DNA of 64,000 bases from a virus, in IMG/VR virus record IMGVR_UViG_3300031521_000033, positions 1 to 64,000 of that record; one strand, 5' to 3'. Positions 1 through 8,710 of the stretch are shown here, in pieces (the first letter of the stretch is position 1; the number at the start of each line of letters is the position of its first letter). The notes under the pieces are model-generated. The model saw only the letters and a program-made list of their open reading frames with translations. It ran no database searches and was not told the DNA's origin. The translations under genes were made by a program, and so were the position numbers.

Positions 1-68
1 TCTTCAAATCCTTCATAATGTCGTTCAGTTTGCTTAAAATCCATTGTCATTAATTATTTTCCCCCTTA

Positions 69-836
69 TTAATTAAAAAAATTCTTTAGAGCATCAGTAT
101 TACCTTTTGACGCTTTTTTACTGGCAACAATATCTGCTAGTAATTTATCTTCCATTGTTTTTTCTTTTGGTGCTTTTTCACTTCCTGCACCACTACCAGC
201 ACCCCCTTTTAGCTTTGCATCAACTAATTCCGGGCTTTCCTTTGCCCAATCAGCAATAAAATCAGAAACGGTTAATTCAGTACCATCTTTATCTGTAATG
301 AATAATTTTTCACCATTATCATCAAATTTAGCTTTATGTATAAATAAATCAACCATTTGATCTGATTTTATAACCCCTTCTTTTATAAGGGCTTTTTTAA
401 TTTCGGAACGTTTTAACTGATCCTGTCTTTTACCTTTTTCTGCGATGAGAGTTTTACTTGTTTCTTCGAATTTTTCTTTTAATTTCTTATTATCTCGAAG
501 TGTCTTAGTCAATTCTCTCTGCATCTCTTTAACTTCTTCTGGTGTTACGCTCCCACCAGTTTTACCAATTTCTTCCTTTGCATCTGCAACTGCTTTGTCA
601 ATATCTTCCGCATCCAAGTCAATATTAAATGCATCCGTTATAACTTCTACTTTTTCTTTAAATTCTTTAAGTTCTTTTGTACTGGCAACTACTTTACCCT
701 TTTCTATTTTTAAGTTGTCCTGTGACTGTTTAATTTTTGTTTGTACCGTATCATCATATTTTTTATATGTTTCTCTAAACTTTGCCGCTTGCGTTTCGTC
801 TAACCCAAGTAATTTTATTAAAGCCTCAATATCCAA
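69..836 (-). CDS. Capsid scaffolding protein
   Basis: Coiled-coil K/E-rich protein with a C-terminal GGAGSG linker, downstream of portal and minor head genes; RBS GGAGG. Confidence 0.75.
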   Translation of the reverse strand: MDIEALIKLLGLDETQAAKFRETYKKYDDTVQTKIKQSQDNLKIEKGKVVASTKELKEFKEKVEVITDAFNIDLDAEDIDKAVADAKEEIGKTGGSVTPEEVKEMQRELTKTLRDNKKLKEKFEETSKTLIAEKGKRQDQLKRSEIKKALIKEGVIKSDQMVDLFIHKAKFDDNGEKLFITDKDGTELTVSDFIADWAKESPELVDAKLKGGAGSGAGSEKAPKEKTMEDKLLADIVASKKASKGNTDALKNFFN

Positions 837-888
837 TCTATATATCCTCCTATTAATTTTATATACAACTAAATTTTGTCCTTATCTT

Positions 889-917
889 ATTATACCATAC
901 TTTTGGTAATTTGTCAA
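889..917 (-). promoter_or_regulatory. Sigma-A type promoter for scaffold/capsid genes
   Basis: TTGACA-17 bp-TATAAT with extended TG on the minus strand. Confidence 0.8.
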
Positions 918-942
918 TACTTTTTTAAAATATTTTTTTATT

Positions 943-2019
943 TTATCTTATTATTGGATCTTCGTAATAGTTCCAGTTGCTTAATGTTTTTTCCCAATCT
1001 CCTGTTTTTAAGTACTTGGATAAATTATCCATTGTAAACAACTTTGCTCTATCTGTCTCACTCAGTGAATTAATATAATTATTTACACCTTTTACATTTA
1101 ATTTTTTATTTGTATTTACATCTTCTTTAAGAACTTTTTCTAAACTACACATGCAATGTGGATGAGCCGGATATCTTGGTATTTTATTCTTTGGATAAAT
1201 ACCTTTTCCATATCCAATATCAGCCCCCGCATTTACATCGCAAATATCAAATGGAAATCTATTATGGATTGATGATAACTTCCATCTATATCCAAATATA
1301 TTATCATCATCTTTATCATTATATAACATACTCTCATAGGCTGCTCTTGCAACCTCGGTATTATTTAACGCCCTGTATTGGCTTCTTACGTTAATATCAA
1401 TAGCTTTATTTATAAGGTATGGCGTTATGGATGCTAATAAAATAGCCAACAAATCTTTTAACTTTGAATTGTCATCATCTGTAATTCTATTTTGCCTTAT
1501 TTTTATTTGCATATCCTGTAACTGATCAATTATATTATTATATGTTTTATCATTGGAAGTATCCATATCTTGATATAATAGTTTCATTTTACTGGATATC
1601 TCATTTACAACCGATAACGAATCTACATTTTTATTTGCGATTGTTATTATATTTGATACTAATAATTTACCCGCTAATACAACATCTTCTACTGTATTTG
1701 ATAAATTAGATTCAAGTATATTAACTCTTTTTTGTAAACTACTTGAACCTTTTACCCATGGCTTATTCAATATATCATTTCTAATAGTATCTGATTTTTT
1801 ATCGCGTATTTTATTTATAGCTGATAAAATACTATCTATCAGATCATCCGTAATAACTTTGTTGAAATTATAATCTTTTAGTGCCAACTTAATTGCACTT
1901 TTAATACTATTACCCTTAGACACCAATAAAATAATACTTTTAGTAAATTTTTTTGAATCTTTACTATAATCATTATTAAACTTCTGTATCAATTTTAAAA
2001 CATTTTCCATAATAATCAC
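943..2019 (-). CDS. Minor head morphogenesis protein (SPP1 gp7/MuF-like)
   Basis: TEVARA, DICD and PAHPHCMC motifs; follows the portal gene. Confidence 0.8.
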   Translation of the reverse strand: MIIMENVLKLIQKFNNDYSKDSKKFTKSIILLVSKGNSIKSAIKLALKDYNFNKVITDDLIDSILSAINKIRDKKSDTIRNDILNKPWVKGSSSLQKRVNILESNLSNTVEDVVLAGKLLVSNIITIANKNVDSLSVVNEISSKMKLLYQDMDTSNDKTYNNIIDQLQDMQIKIRQNRITDDDNSKLKDLLAILLASITPYLINKAIDINVRSQYRALNNTEVARAAYESMLYNDKDDDNIFGYRWKLSSIHNRFPFDICDVNAGADIGYGKGIYPKNKIPRYPAHPHCMCSLEKVLKEDVNTNKKLNVKGVNNYINSLSETDRAKLFTMDNLSKYLKTGDWEKTLSNWNYYEDPIIR

Positions 2020-2027
2020 ACCTTATC

Positions 2028-3503
2028 TTAAGCTGATGTTGACAGCACCGTTGGCTTAGTTTCTATTGGATCTTGTGCCGTACTGTCGGCCATAAGATTT
2101 GCTATCGTTGCATTAATTACATTATCGTCTTGATCCTTTAATGTATCCCTAATTACTTTTTTCTTCAACTCAATATTGTATGAAGGGCATATGTTTAATG
2201 CCAATCCCTGTGTTGCAACGTTTAATGAATCAATCGAATCCACAATACCAAATTGACTGTTATATGTTACTGTTACATTTGTTGCATCTAAATTTTCGCT
2301 CACGTATAAACCAAATATATTTGCAACTATCTGTTCAACACTCTCAAGATTCTGTGCAAACTCTGCAATCGTTTGGAATAAATTTGCATTGTCCCATTCT
2401 TTTGCTATTCCACTTTCCTGTGTTTGAACGCCTGTAACCAACTGCAAACTTGCCATTCTGTATATTTCTTGTACCATCCAAGTTATCTCGTCTGACAACA
2501 TCTTTGACGGGGCCGCATCTGGTGATATAAATTCTGGTTTCTGTGTTCCAGCTTTATATGCTAACAGATCTGTTGTACCAACGGCGATACTTTTTGCAGA
2601 TGCAAAATCATCCTCTTCACTAACCGGATAGGTAAGTAAACTAAACGCCTGATTTCTATTACGTTCTCTAAGTTCGCTGCATGCGTTGTATATGGCGTAA
2701 TTTGTACGGGCTATTGCATATATGTCTGATTGTGGTATAAGCCCTTCTGAGTCGTTTAAAGCACCATATATTGGAATTACTGGTATAATACCAATCTCGT
2801 TTGTTCCTTTCGTACTATCCCCATCTGCATCAACCTGATATGTATCATTTGTCCAAGTCCATGTTTCTGTGTATAATACCTTTTCTCCATCAACTATTTT
2901 AGTACTTCTAATGAAGTATTTTATGTAAATTAATTTTCCAAATTTATCAATAGCCCAATCAGTAACATGATCCGGTCTAACTAAATACAAGTATGGATAT
3001 AATCTGTTATCTTTTGCCGTTTTCAACGATACAGGTTCGGACGTATCTAATTTATCCATATCAACTACAATAAATTGAACCCCATGTAACTTTGCTCTTA
3101 TGGCGGCCCTCTTCATAAACCTATTCATTGATGTTCCTTTTCCGTCAACATTCGATAAAAAATCACCATAAAACTTTGAACCTGTAAATTCCCTTCGTGG
3201 TGAAGTTTTAAATATAGGATTAACATGTGCATCAACAACTGGTTTAACATAATTACAGTAATATGATAAACCTCTACGTCTATTGTATTTGTCTGCTGGT
3301 TCTCTTGGATGGGCTATTAAATATGCACCATCTTCAAAACCGCCGCTGGCTCTATAGCAATCATCTAACAATTTATATTTATTTGGCATTCCATGAAATG
3401 GTACTGATGCTAATAATCGTAATAGTAATGTTTCCTCTTCACTGCACACGCCACTATCCGGTTCATTTGAATCATAAATCTTTTGGTCATGTTTATTTGA
3501 CAA
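2028..3503 (-). CDS. Portal protein
   Basis: 491 aa between TerL and minor head; YYCNYVKPVVD, IPVIPIY and ESGIAKEWD portal-type motifs. Confidence 0.85.
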   Translation of the reverse strand: MSNKHDQKIYDSNEPDSGVCSEEETLLLRLLASVPFHGMPNKYKLLDDCYRASGGFEDGAYLIAHPREPADKYNRRRGLSYYCNYVKPVVDAHVNPIFKTSPRREFTGSKFYGDFLSNVDGKGTSMNRFMKRAAIRAKLHGVQFIVVDMDKLDTSEPVSLKTAKDNRLYPYLYLVRPDHVTDWAIDKFGKLIYIKYFIRSTKIVDGEKVLYTETWTWTNDTYQVDADGDSTKGTNEIGIIPVIPIYGALNDSEGLIPQSDIYAIARTNYAIYNACSELRERNRNQAFSLLTYPVSEEDDFASAKSIAVGTTDLLAYKAGTQKPEFISPDAAPSKMLSDEITWMVQEIYRMASLQLVTGVQTQESGIAKEWDNANLFQTIAEFAQNLESVEQIVANIFGLYVSENLDATNVTVTYNSQFGIVDSIDSLNVATQGLALNICPSYNIELKKKVIRDTLKDQDDNVINATIANLMADSTAQDPIETKPTVLSTSA

Positions 3504-3515
3504 TATATTACCTCC

Positions 3516-4838
3516 TTATATTCCAACCCTCATTGCCGCGTTTCTGATGTTATCTTTATCCCTATTTGTATATACTCCGTACCGAAACCCATCACAAGTA
3601 TGATCGTCAACTTCTTTTGGCGCATCAATTCCCTTTAATTGTGCTTTTTCATCCCATGAGTATGTTGATATTTGCTTGATGGTATTCTTGCACTCGTCAA
3701 CAACATAAAATCTGTCAGATCCAATCATTGTTGCAACTGTACGAATACCATCCAATACTGAATTTTGTGCATTTCTAACTTTCATTCTGAATCTTCTTAA
3801 CTGCAATCTAAAACTAGCTGCCGCCGGATCAATTAGTATCTCAATCTGTTTATAGTTTAATCCTGTTATTTTTGTATGTAGTGTTATAAACTCTTTCATA
3901 TCTTCTGAATAGTCTAAATCTGTTTTCTGAGATTCTTCTGTATGGCCATCATAATAATATTCTTTAACAGTGAAGAATTTTCCATCATATGTTTTGCACT
4001 GTAGCAGAAACACTGTTGCATTACCTGTACCATAATCGCATGCAACCCACCATTTTCTAACTTTATTAAATGGTACATCTTCTAATTTTATTACATGCCG
4101 TTCACTGACAAACATATCATATATAAGACCATCTGCAAGACACCACTGCCCTAAAATGAACCTCTTATAAAATACACCGCTGTAATTACGTTTATATCTG
4201 TCCTTAATTTTTGTTGATAATGAAGGGTTATCGTCCATATCAAAATGAAGATATATACCATTTTTTTCACTTAGTTTTTGTATAAGCTCTGTATAAACCC
4301 AATGGTATGGGCTTCCTGGATTACAGTTAATGAATATTTTACTATCTTCAACTGAGCATCTTCCTGTTGCTTGATTGTAAAATGATTCTGGCATTAAAAC
4401 TACTTCATCAAATAATACAGAACAGAATGTTGAACCCTGTACTAAATCCTGACTTGCCTCATCCTTGCCGCCGAAGATCCAAAACTTATTAACTACACTT
4501 CCCTTGAATATTTCTATGTAACTTAATGATATATTTTCCTGTATCTCATATCCAAGACTTATTAACATTTGCTTTAATGGTGAAAGGACATTACGTTTAA
4601 ACGCCCCAATTGTCTTACCACACATTCCAGCATCCATCTGGTTAAAATGACTCATTACATACAATATAAAAGATAATGTTAATATAATTGTCTTTCCACT
4701 ACGAATTGCGCCGTCTGCAATTATTATATCTTTATCTTTTACAGGGCTATTATCAGCCCAAAATGTTAATACTTTTAATTGCTTTTTTGAAAATGGTTTA
4801 AATTCAAATCCCTTTGTCTCATACTTCCTTAATGCCAT
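3516..4838 (-). CDS. terL: Terminase large subunit (PBSX-family)
   Basis: Walker A GAIRSGKT, Walker B LFDEV, NCNP coupling motif, nuclease CDYG and DDHTCDGFRY. Confidence 0.95.
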   Translation of the reverse strand: MALRKYETKGFEFKPFSKKQLKVLTFWADNSPVKDKDIIIADGAIRSGKTIILTLSFILYVMSHFNQMDAGMCGKTIGAFKRNVLSPLKQMLISLGYEIQENISLSYIEIFKGSVVNKFWIFGGKDEASQDLVQGSTFCSVLFDEVVLMPESFYNQATGRCSVEDSKIFINCNPGSPYHWVYTELIQKLSEKNGIYLHFDMDDNPSLSTKIKDRYKRNYSGVFYKRFILGQWCLADGLIYDMFVSERHVIKLEDVPFNKVRKWWVACDYGTGNATVFLLQCKTYDGKFFTVKEYYYDGHTEESQKTDLDYSEDMKEFITLHTKITGLNYKQIEILIDPAAASFRLQLRRFRMKVRNAQNSVLDGIRTVATMIGSDRFYVVDECKNTIKQISTYSWDEKAQLKGIDAPKEVDDHTCDGFRYGVYTNRDKDNIRNAAMRVGI

Positions 4839-5535
4839 CTAAATCATCATCCTTATCGTCCTTCCAAACTTCTAATGATTTAGAATTAATTGCTTCAAGA
4901 ATATTGCTACCAGCTTTTTCATCTTTAGCTTTTTCAGCTTGCCAACTAAAGAACTCTTTCAAACGGTCCCATGCCCATTTTTGATCTAATAGTTCAATTG
5001 ATACACCATCTCGGCCTTCTTTAATCTTGCTAATAAGGCTTGTATCCAAATATGCACTATCTTGTAATTCAACCTTATTAATCTTGCGAGTCATAACTTC
5101 TCCAGTGTCAGGATCTTTTACAACTCCACATAAATTAACAATTGGTATTACTTCTGATTTGAATTTAACAAAATCACCAATATTTGCATTTGCAACTTTC
5201 TGTAGAAAATTAACATACTGTGTTACATCTATTTCCATTGCATGTAGCATTATTTTCTTTACAGCTTTTAATTCTTTTTGTACCGATGGTTTTGCCATCA
5301 ATTTACAGCCTTCATATGTTGCCCTTGCTCTAGTTACTGTAGGATCGTTATCTCGATATGCCTTAAGATAAGCTGATGTTGCATTTCCGCTTTCAACTAC
5401 GTATAATACAAACTCTTTTTCCTTATCACTAATATTACTATCACATACATGTTCTATCATCTTATTTGTAATAGCTTTAGATTTTGATGGTTTAATATTT
5501 GCTTCAATGATATCATCTTTTTTCTTTCTCGCCAC
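4819..5535 (-). CDS. terS: Terminase small subunit (likely GTG start at 5535)
   Basis: HTH-type GNATSAYLKAY motif, C-terminal DGVSIELLDQKWA; RBS AAAGGAGG before GTG; upstream of terL. Confidence 0.85.
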   Translation of the reverse strand: MARKKKDDIIEANIKPSKSKAITNKMIEHVCDSNISDKEKEFVLYVVESGNATSAYLKAYRDNDPTVTRARATYEGCKLMAKPSVQKELKAVKKIMLHAMEIDVTQYVNFLQKVANANIGDFVKFKSEVIPIVNLCGVVKDPDTGEVMTRKINKVELQDSAYLDTSLISKIKEGRDGVSIELLDQKWAWDRLKEFFSWQAEKAKDEKAGSNILEAINSKSLEVWKDDKDDDLDGIKEV

Positions 5536-5564
5536 ATAATTACCTCCTTTATACACCTACATTA

Positions 5565-5593
5565 ATTATAACACATTTTTACTAATTTGTCAA
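5565..5593 (-). promoter_or_regulatory. Sigma-A type promoter for terS-terL-portal
   Basis: TTGACA-17 bp-TATAAT with extended TG. Confidence 0.8.
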
Positions 5594-5608
5594 TACCTTT
5601 GCACAAAA

Positions 5609-5660
5609 TAATAGCCATAATTAAGTTAACGAATAATCGCAACCTGATCATGGCTATTAT
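5609..5660 (-). terminator. Long stem-loop ending the tRNA transcript (terminator or processing hairpin)
   Basis: ATAATAGCCAT...ATGGCTATTAT perfect arms extended by G-U pairs on the minus strand, followed by TTT. Confidence 0.5.
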
Positions 5661-5694
5661 AAAAGGAGATAATAAAAATGAATAAGTCTGTTTT

Positions 5695-5753
5695 TGGGAA
5701 TTAATGGATTTGAACCATTTATATACGTGAATACAGCCACCAAGACTTTTCCC
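5695..5753 (-). pseudogene. Degenerate tRNA-like element
   Basis: Perfect T-arm AATGG-TTCAAAT-CCATT and GGGAA/TTCCC acceptor-like ends, but shortened D and anticodon arms and no CCA. Confidence 0.5.
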
Positions 5754-5756
5754 ATA

Positions 5757-5830
5757 TGGAGCACCACCACAGGATCTAACTGTGATTATGGCTTTACAAA
5801 AGCCACGTACTAACATTATACTAGTGGTGC
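5757..5830 (-). tRNA. tRNA-Thr(UGU)
   Basis: GCACCAC/GTGGTGC acceptor, TGGCT-TTTGTAA-AGCCA anticodon arm, CACAG/CTGTG T-stem, encoded CCA. Confidence 0.85.
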
Positions 5831-5838
5831 AGTAATAT

Positions 5839-5915
5839 TGGTGGGACCTGATGGGAACGATCCATCGACCTGTCCGTTATGAGCGGAATGCTCTAACCAA
5901 CTGAGCTAAGGTCCC
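5839..5915 (-). tRNA. tRNA with CAU anticodon (most like Ile2/lysidine type; Met not excluded)
   Basis: GGGACCT/AGGTCCC acceptor, GCTC-AGTTGGTTA-GAGC D arm, CTCATAA loop, A73 and CCA; resembles Bacillota tRNA-Ile2. Confidence 0.9.
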
Positions 5916-5921
5916 ATTAAT

Positions 5922-6008
5922 ATAGGTAATATTAACCCCAACCATCGTTAATATACTTGATGACCAATCAGTCTCATACATAATGTCATCCCCGTTGTTT
6001 CATCCTAT
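5922..6008 (-). ncRNA. Structured 5' leader of the tRNA transcript (three-way junction)
   Basis: ATAGG/CCTAT closing stem enclosing GATGAC/GTCATC and TATTAAC/GTTAATA hairpins, starting at the predicted +1. Confidence 0.45.
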
Positions 6009-6014
6009 ATTTAT

Positions 6015-6043
6015 ATTATAACACATTTTTACTTACTTGTCAA
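6015..6043 (-). promoter_or_regulatory. Sigma-A type promoter of the tRNA operon
   Basis: TTGACA-17-TATAAT, nearly identical to the terS promoter. Confidence 0.8.
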
Positions 6044-6049
6044 TACTTT

Positions 6050-7243
6050 TTATAAAACTAATTTTGTTCTTGTTGTTCCAACTGTGAAATAGAAACCATC
6101 ACTTGCTTTTTCAATTGTTCCATCTAACGCTCCTGCTGCAACTGCTGCCGCCGGAAGTAATGTTGATGTTCTAATTCTTACAGGTGACATTGTAAGCGGT
6201 GATGCTCCTAGTCCGCCGTTTAAAGTAGCCGCACCGCCAACACCTGTTGATAGATACATTAATGCTACAAAAGCTATTCCACCTGTCCCTGCGACCGCTG
6301 GTGATGCTAATGTTGTAATAGGTACACTTGATAGTACAGACATACCACTTGATGTTGTAGTGAGTACTGGAGTATTTGTAGTTGTCATTGATACAAGTCC
6401 TGATACATATGCCGCTGTTCCTGCTACAACTACCTGACCAACTACTGAATCTGATGTATGTGTAAATGCTATTGCTCCACCAATTGCTAATGCAATATTA
6501 TCTGGTGCATCAACTTTAAATGATGCTCTATTAGCAATAAAACTACCTGTTGCTCCTGTAGTTGAATAAAAACAACGTGCCGATGCATTTGAATGTAGAA
6601 CACTTACATTACCATCTAATAATTGTATTTTACTTGCAGAATTTGTATTGGTCCATACAATTGCATCTCCCACGCCTGATGGGGAAACACTATTAACAAA
6701 ACTATTTATTAGTTGTAAATTAGCTGCTGCAGATCCACTAAATGATAATGTTGTTCCTGATCCTGCGGTTGCTGCATTTTGCAATACAATATTTTCACCA
6801 ATAACTGTACCTGAAAATGAAGATACATGATTACCAATAATATAAACACCATATTTAACAGGTGATGTTATATTTACTCCTGCCTTTAGTGTTATATTCT
6901 CTGTGTACATACCAGGATATACACCTATTGTATAACCACTTGAAGCAACGTCTATGGCCCTCTGTACTGTTAAATAAGGTGAACCTAAACTACCATCACC
7001 TGCCGTATCATTACCATTTTTAGAAACATATAGATAATTACTTGGTTTGATCAAACTATCAACAGCTCCTTTAAGCCACCAACCATTTCCTGTGGCCGGG
7101 TTTATATTTTTATTACTCCACACATATTCTGTTTTAGTATCTAATTCAGTAAAATTGGCCAATTCATATATCTTACCTGTAGGCTTATCATCTGAAAAAA
7201 GACCACTATAATTAAGTTTATTTATGTCATAATAAACTGCCAT
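6050..7243 (-). CDS. G/S/T/A-rich beta-helix (pectin-lyase fold, DUF1565-like) protein; possible virion fibre or decoration protein
   Basis: LYVSKNGNDTAGDGSLGSPYLTVQRAID...VYPGMYTENITL is the typical N-cap of parallel beta-helix proteins; likely start MAVYYD with RBS AAAGGA. Confidence 0.6.
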   Translation of the reverse strand: MAVYYDINKLNYSGLFSDDKPTGKIYELANFTELDTKTEYVWSNKNINPATGNGWWLKGAVDSLIKPSNYLYVSKNGNDTAGDGSLGSPYLTVQRAIDVASSGYTIGVYPGMYTENITLKAGVNITSPVKYGVYIIGNHVSSFSGTVIGENIVLQNAATAGSGTTLSFSGSAAANLQLINSFVNSVSPSGVGDAIVWTNTNSASKIQLLDGNVSVLHSNASARCFYSTTGATGSFIANRASFKVDAPDNIALAIGGAIAFTHTSDSVVGQVVVAGTAAYVSGLVSMTTTNTPVLTTTSSGMSVLSSVPITTLASPAVAGTGGIAFVALMYLSTGVGGAATLNGGLGASPLTMSPVRIRTSTLLPAAAVAAGALDGTIEKASDGFYFTVGTTRTKLVL

Positions 7244-7274
7244 TAACACACATCCTTTTAATTTTATATAAAAC

Positions 7275-7301
7275 AAAAAGGACTAGTTTAAAAACCAGTC
7301 C
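7275..7301 (-). terminator. Rho-independent terminator closing the large ncRNA
   Basis: GGACTGGTTT-TT-AAACTAGTCC followed by TTTTT on the minus strand. Confidence 0.8.
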
Positions 7302-7310
7302 AAAATATAA

Positions 7311-7912
7311 TGATGCTTTTTCCAATCTCCACAACCATCCCCCAATATTACCATAGTAATCAAGTTTGAAAAGCATCTGAAAAATGGTTGCTTCCGTTTG
7401 CAAACGTTATTTTATTTAACATAAACCTAAATGGTTAAACCAACTGCTAATACAGCCTCACAAATGTTATAAAATGGACAATAGTTAACAGTATTTTTCT
7501 AATATGCTCAATTACATAACATTTTCTCTTCTCACATATTAAGGTGTTTCATGTTAATACGATTTTGGTAGGATTCGTAACCTCTAATACTAGTACTTGC
7601 TCACAAGTGAATGATATTCTAAATTAAAGCCCCGTCATTCCCGGAGGCTGATATTATTATTTGTTGTGGTGATCATCCACATTCATTCAATTCCTATTTT
7701 TACAGGTTGGAGTTCCTGACTTTGTTTATTCGCTTATGGCTGTTAGTTTTCAGTATTTTATTGGGTTCAACTAGTGAACTTCCCCTCATTTAACTGTACA
7801 TACAAGTATTACAGCACCACTCACTTATTTGCCTCGCTCTTTCGGGTGCGATATCCCAACTTCTTGGAAATGGGTTTAACGTCTCCATTCCGACCATGTA
7901 TGCATACAAGTT
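7311..7912 (-). ncRNA. Large structured ncRNA, ROOL-like (ROOL/GOLLD class) candidate
   Basis: ~600 nt with no ORF between a consensus promoter and a terminator; locally more G/C-rich; many stems (TGCATACA/TGTATGTA, TCGC..GAAA..GCGA, 3' GATGCTTTT/AAAAGCATC); size and tRNA-adjacent phage context fit ROOL. Family not verified by covariance model. Confidence 0.65.
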
Positions 7913-7999
7913 ATAGGATAATCATTCTCAAAATATTTTAGCATTAAAACTTATCCCATAAAGTGGGAATCTTTTTTGTTTCTTTTATCCTATATTATT

Positions 8000-8028
8000 A
8001 TTATAACATACTTTTACCTTTTTGTCAA
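8000..8028 (-). promoter_or_regulatory. Sigma-A type promoter for the large ncRNA
   Basis: TTGACA-17-TATAAT with extended TG; predicted +1 near 7993. Confidence 0.8.
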
Positions 8029-8137
8029 TAGATTTATATAATATATTTAATATAATATTTGCAAAGGTTATATCAACTTGGTTGCAAGCTGTTTAAGTAC
8101 TATTTTTTATATACTTTAGGGAATGTGAGTACTTGAT

Positions 8138-8235
8138 ATATAGAAAAATCCCTAGCATTTAGTAAAAATTAGTCCAATTTATAAATTAATAAAAATTGAA
8201 ATAGTTTAACTAAATGTTAGAGGATTTTTCTATAT
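8138..8235. repeat. Long imperfect inverted repeat (~98 bp)
   Basis: ATATAGAAAAATCC-CTAGCATTTAGT ... ACTAAATGTTAG-AGGATTTTTCTATAT. Confidence 0.85.
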
Positions 8236-8591
8236 TGATAAATTTCTTTAGTGAAAAGCTCGCACCTATCAATAGTTCTGTTTTTACAGAGCCAGACTAT
8301 TACTTAAGAACACTCAATGCCCGTGTTCATAATAGCCATCCCACATATGCATAATAATACACATACGTCACTGACCACCCTTGCCGAATTATATTGCCGC
8401 AATCGCAATCATACTGTAAGTATTATAAATAATTAACAGGTCCGTTACATTAGGATCACTGTTTACATCTATAATATATATCTTATAGCAAAGCACATTT
8501 ACAGATTAAGGCTGTGCGGACCATGACCAATTTCTTGTATATCAGAAATTTAAGATCTTATTATATAACGGTTAATATTAAATTTTATCTT
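8138..8591 (-). ncRNA. Second putative structured ncRNA, family unknown
   Basis: No ORF; own promoter at 8598-8626; serial stems GGTCCG/CGGACC, ACGTATGTGTA/TATGCATATGT, GGCTATTA..GAACAC/GTGTTC..TAATAGTC, TATTGATA/TATCAATA, ending in the long IR. Confidence 0.5.
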
Positions 8592-8597
8592 ATCTAC

Positions 8598-8626
8598 AGT
8601 ATACCACACTTTAACATATTTGTCAA
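8598..8626 (-). promoter_or_regulatory. Sigma-A type promoter (leftward)
   Basis: TTGACA-17-TATACT with extended TG. Confidence 0.75.
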
Positions 8627-8710
8627 GTGTTTTTTATTATTTATTTTAAATTATTTTTAACTACCTTATTTATATTATAACACAACTAAAGTTAAAAGTA
8701 AATATTTTTA

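Noticed and set aside
445-5371. Plus-strand ORFs 445, 1158, 2180, 3263 and 5027
   Set aside because: Antisense shadows of well-supported head and packaging genes, with no RBS
5695-5753. Opal-suppressor or Sec tRNA (TCA in the loop region)
   Set aside because: Anticodon arm is malformed, there is no long variable arm, and genes read intact in code 11
5562-5816. 84-aa minus-strand ORF
   Set aside because: Overlaps tRNA-Thr, the tRNA remnant and the terS promoter
7311-8591. Group I/II intron, tmRNA or RNase P as the identity of the ncRNAs
   Set aside because: No interrupted host gene, no tRNA-like ends or tag ORF, no RNase P P4 motif or group II domain V recognised
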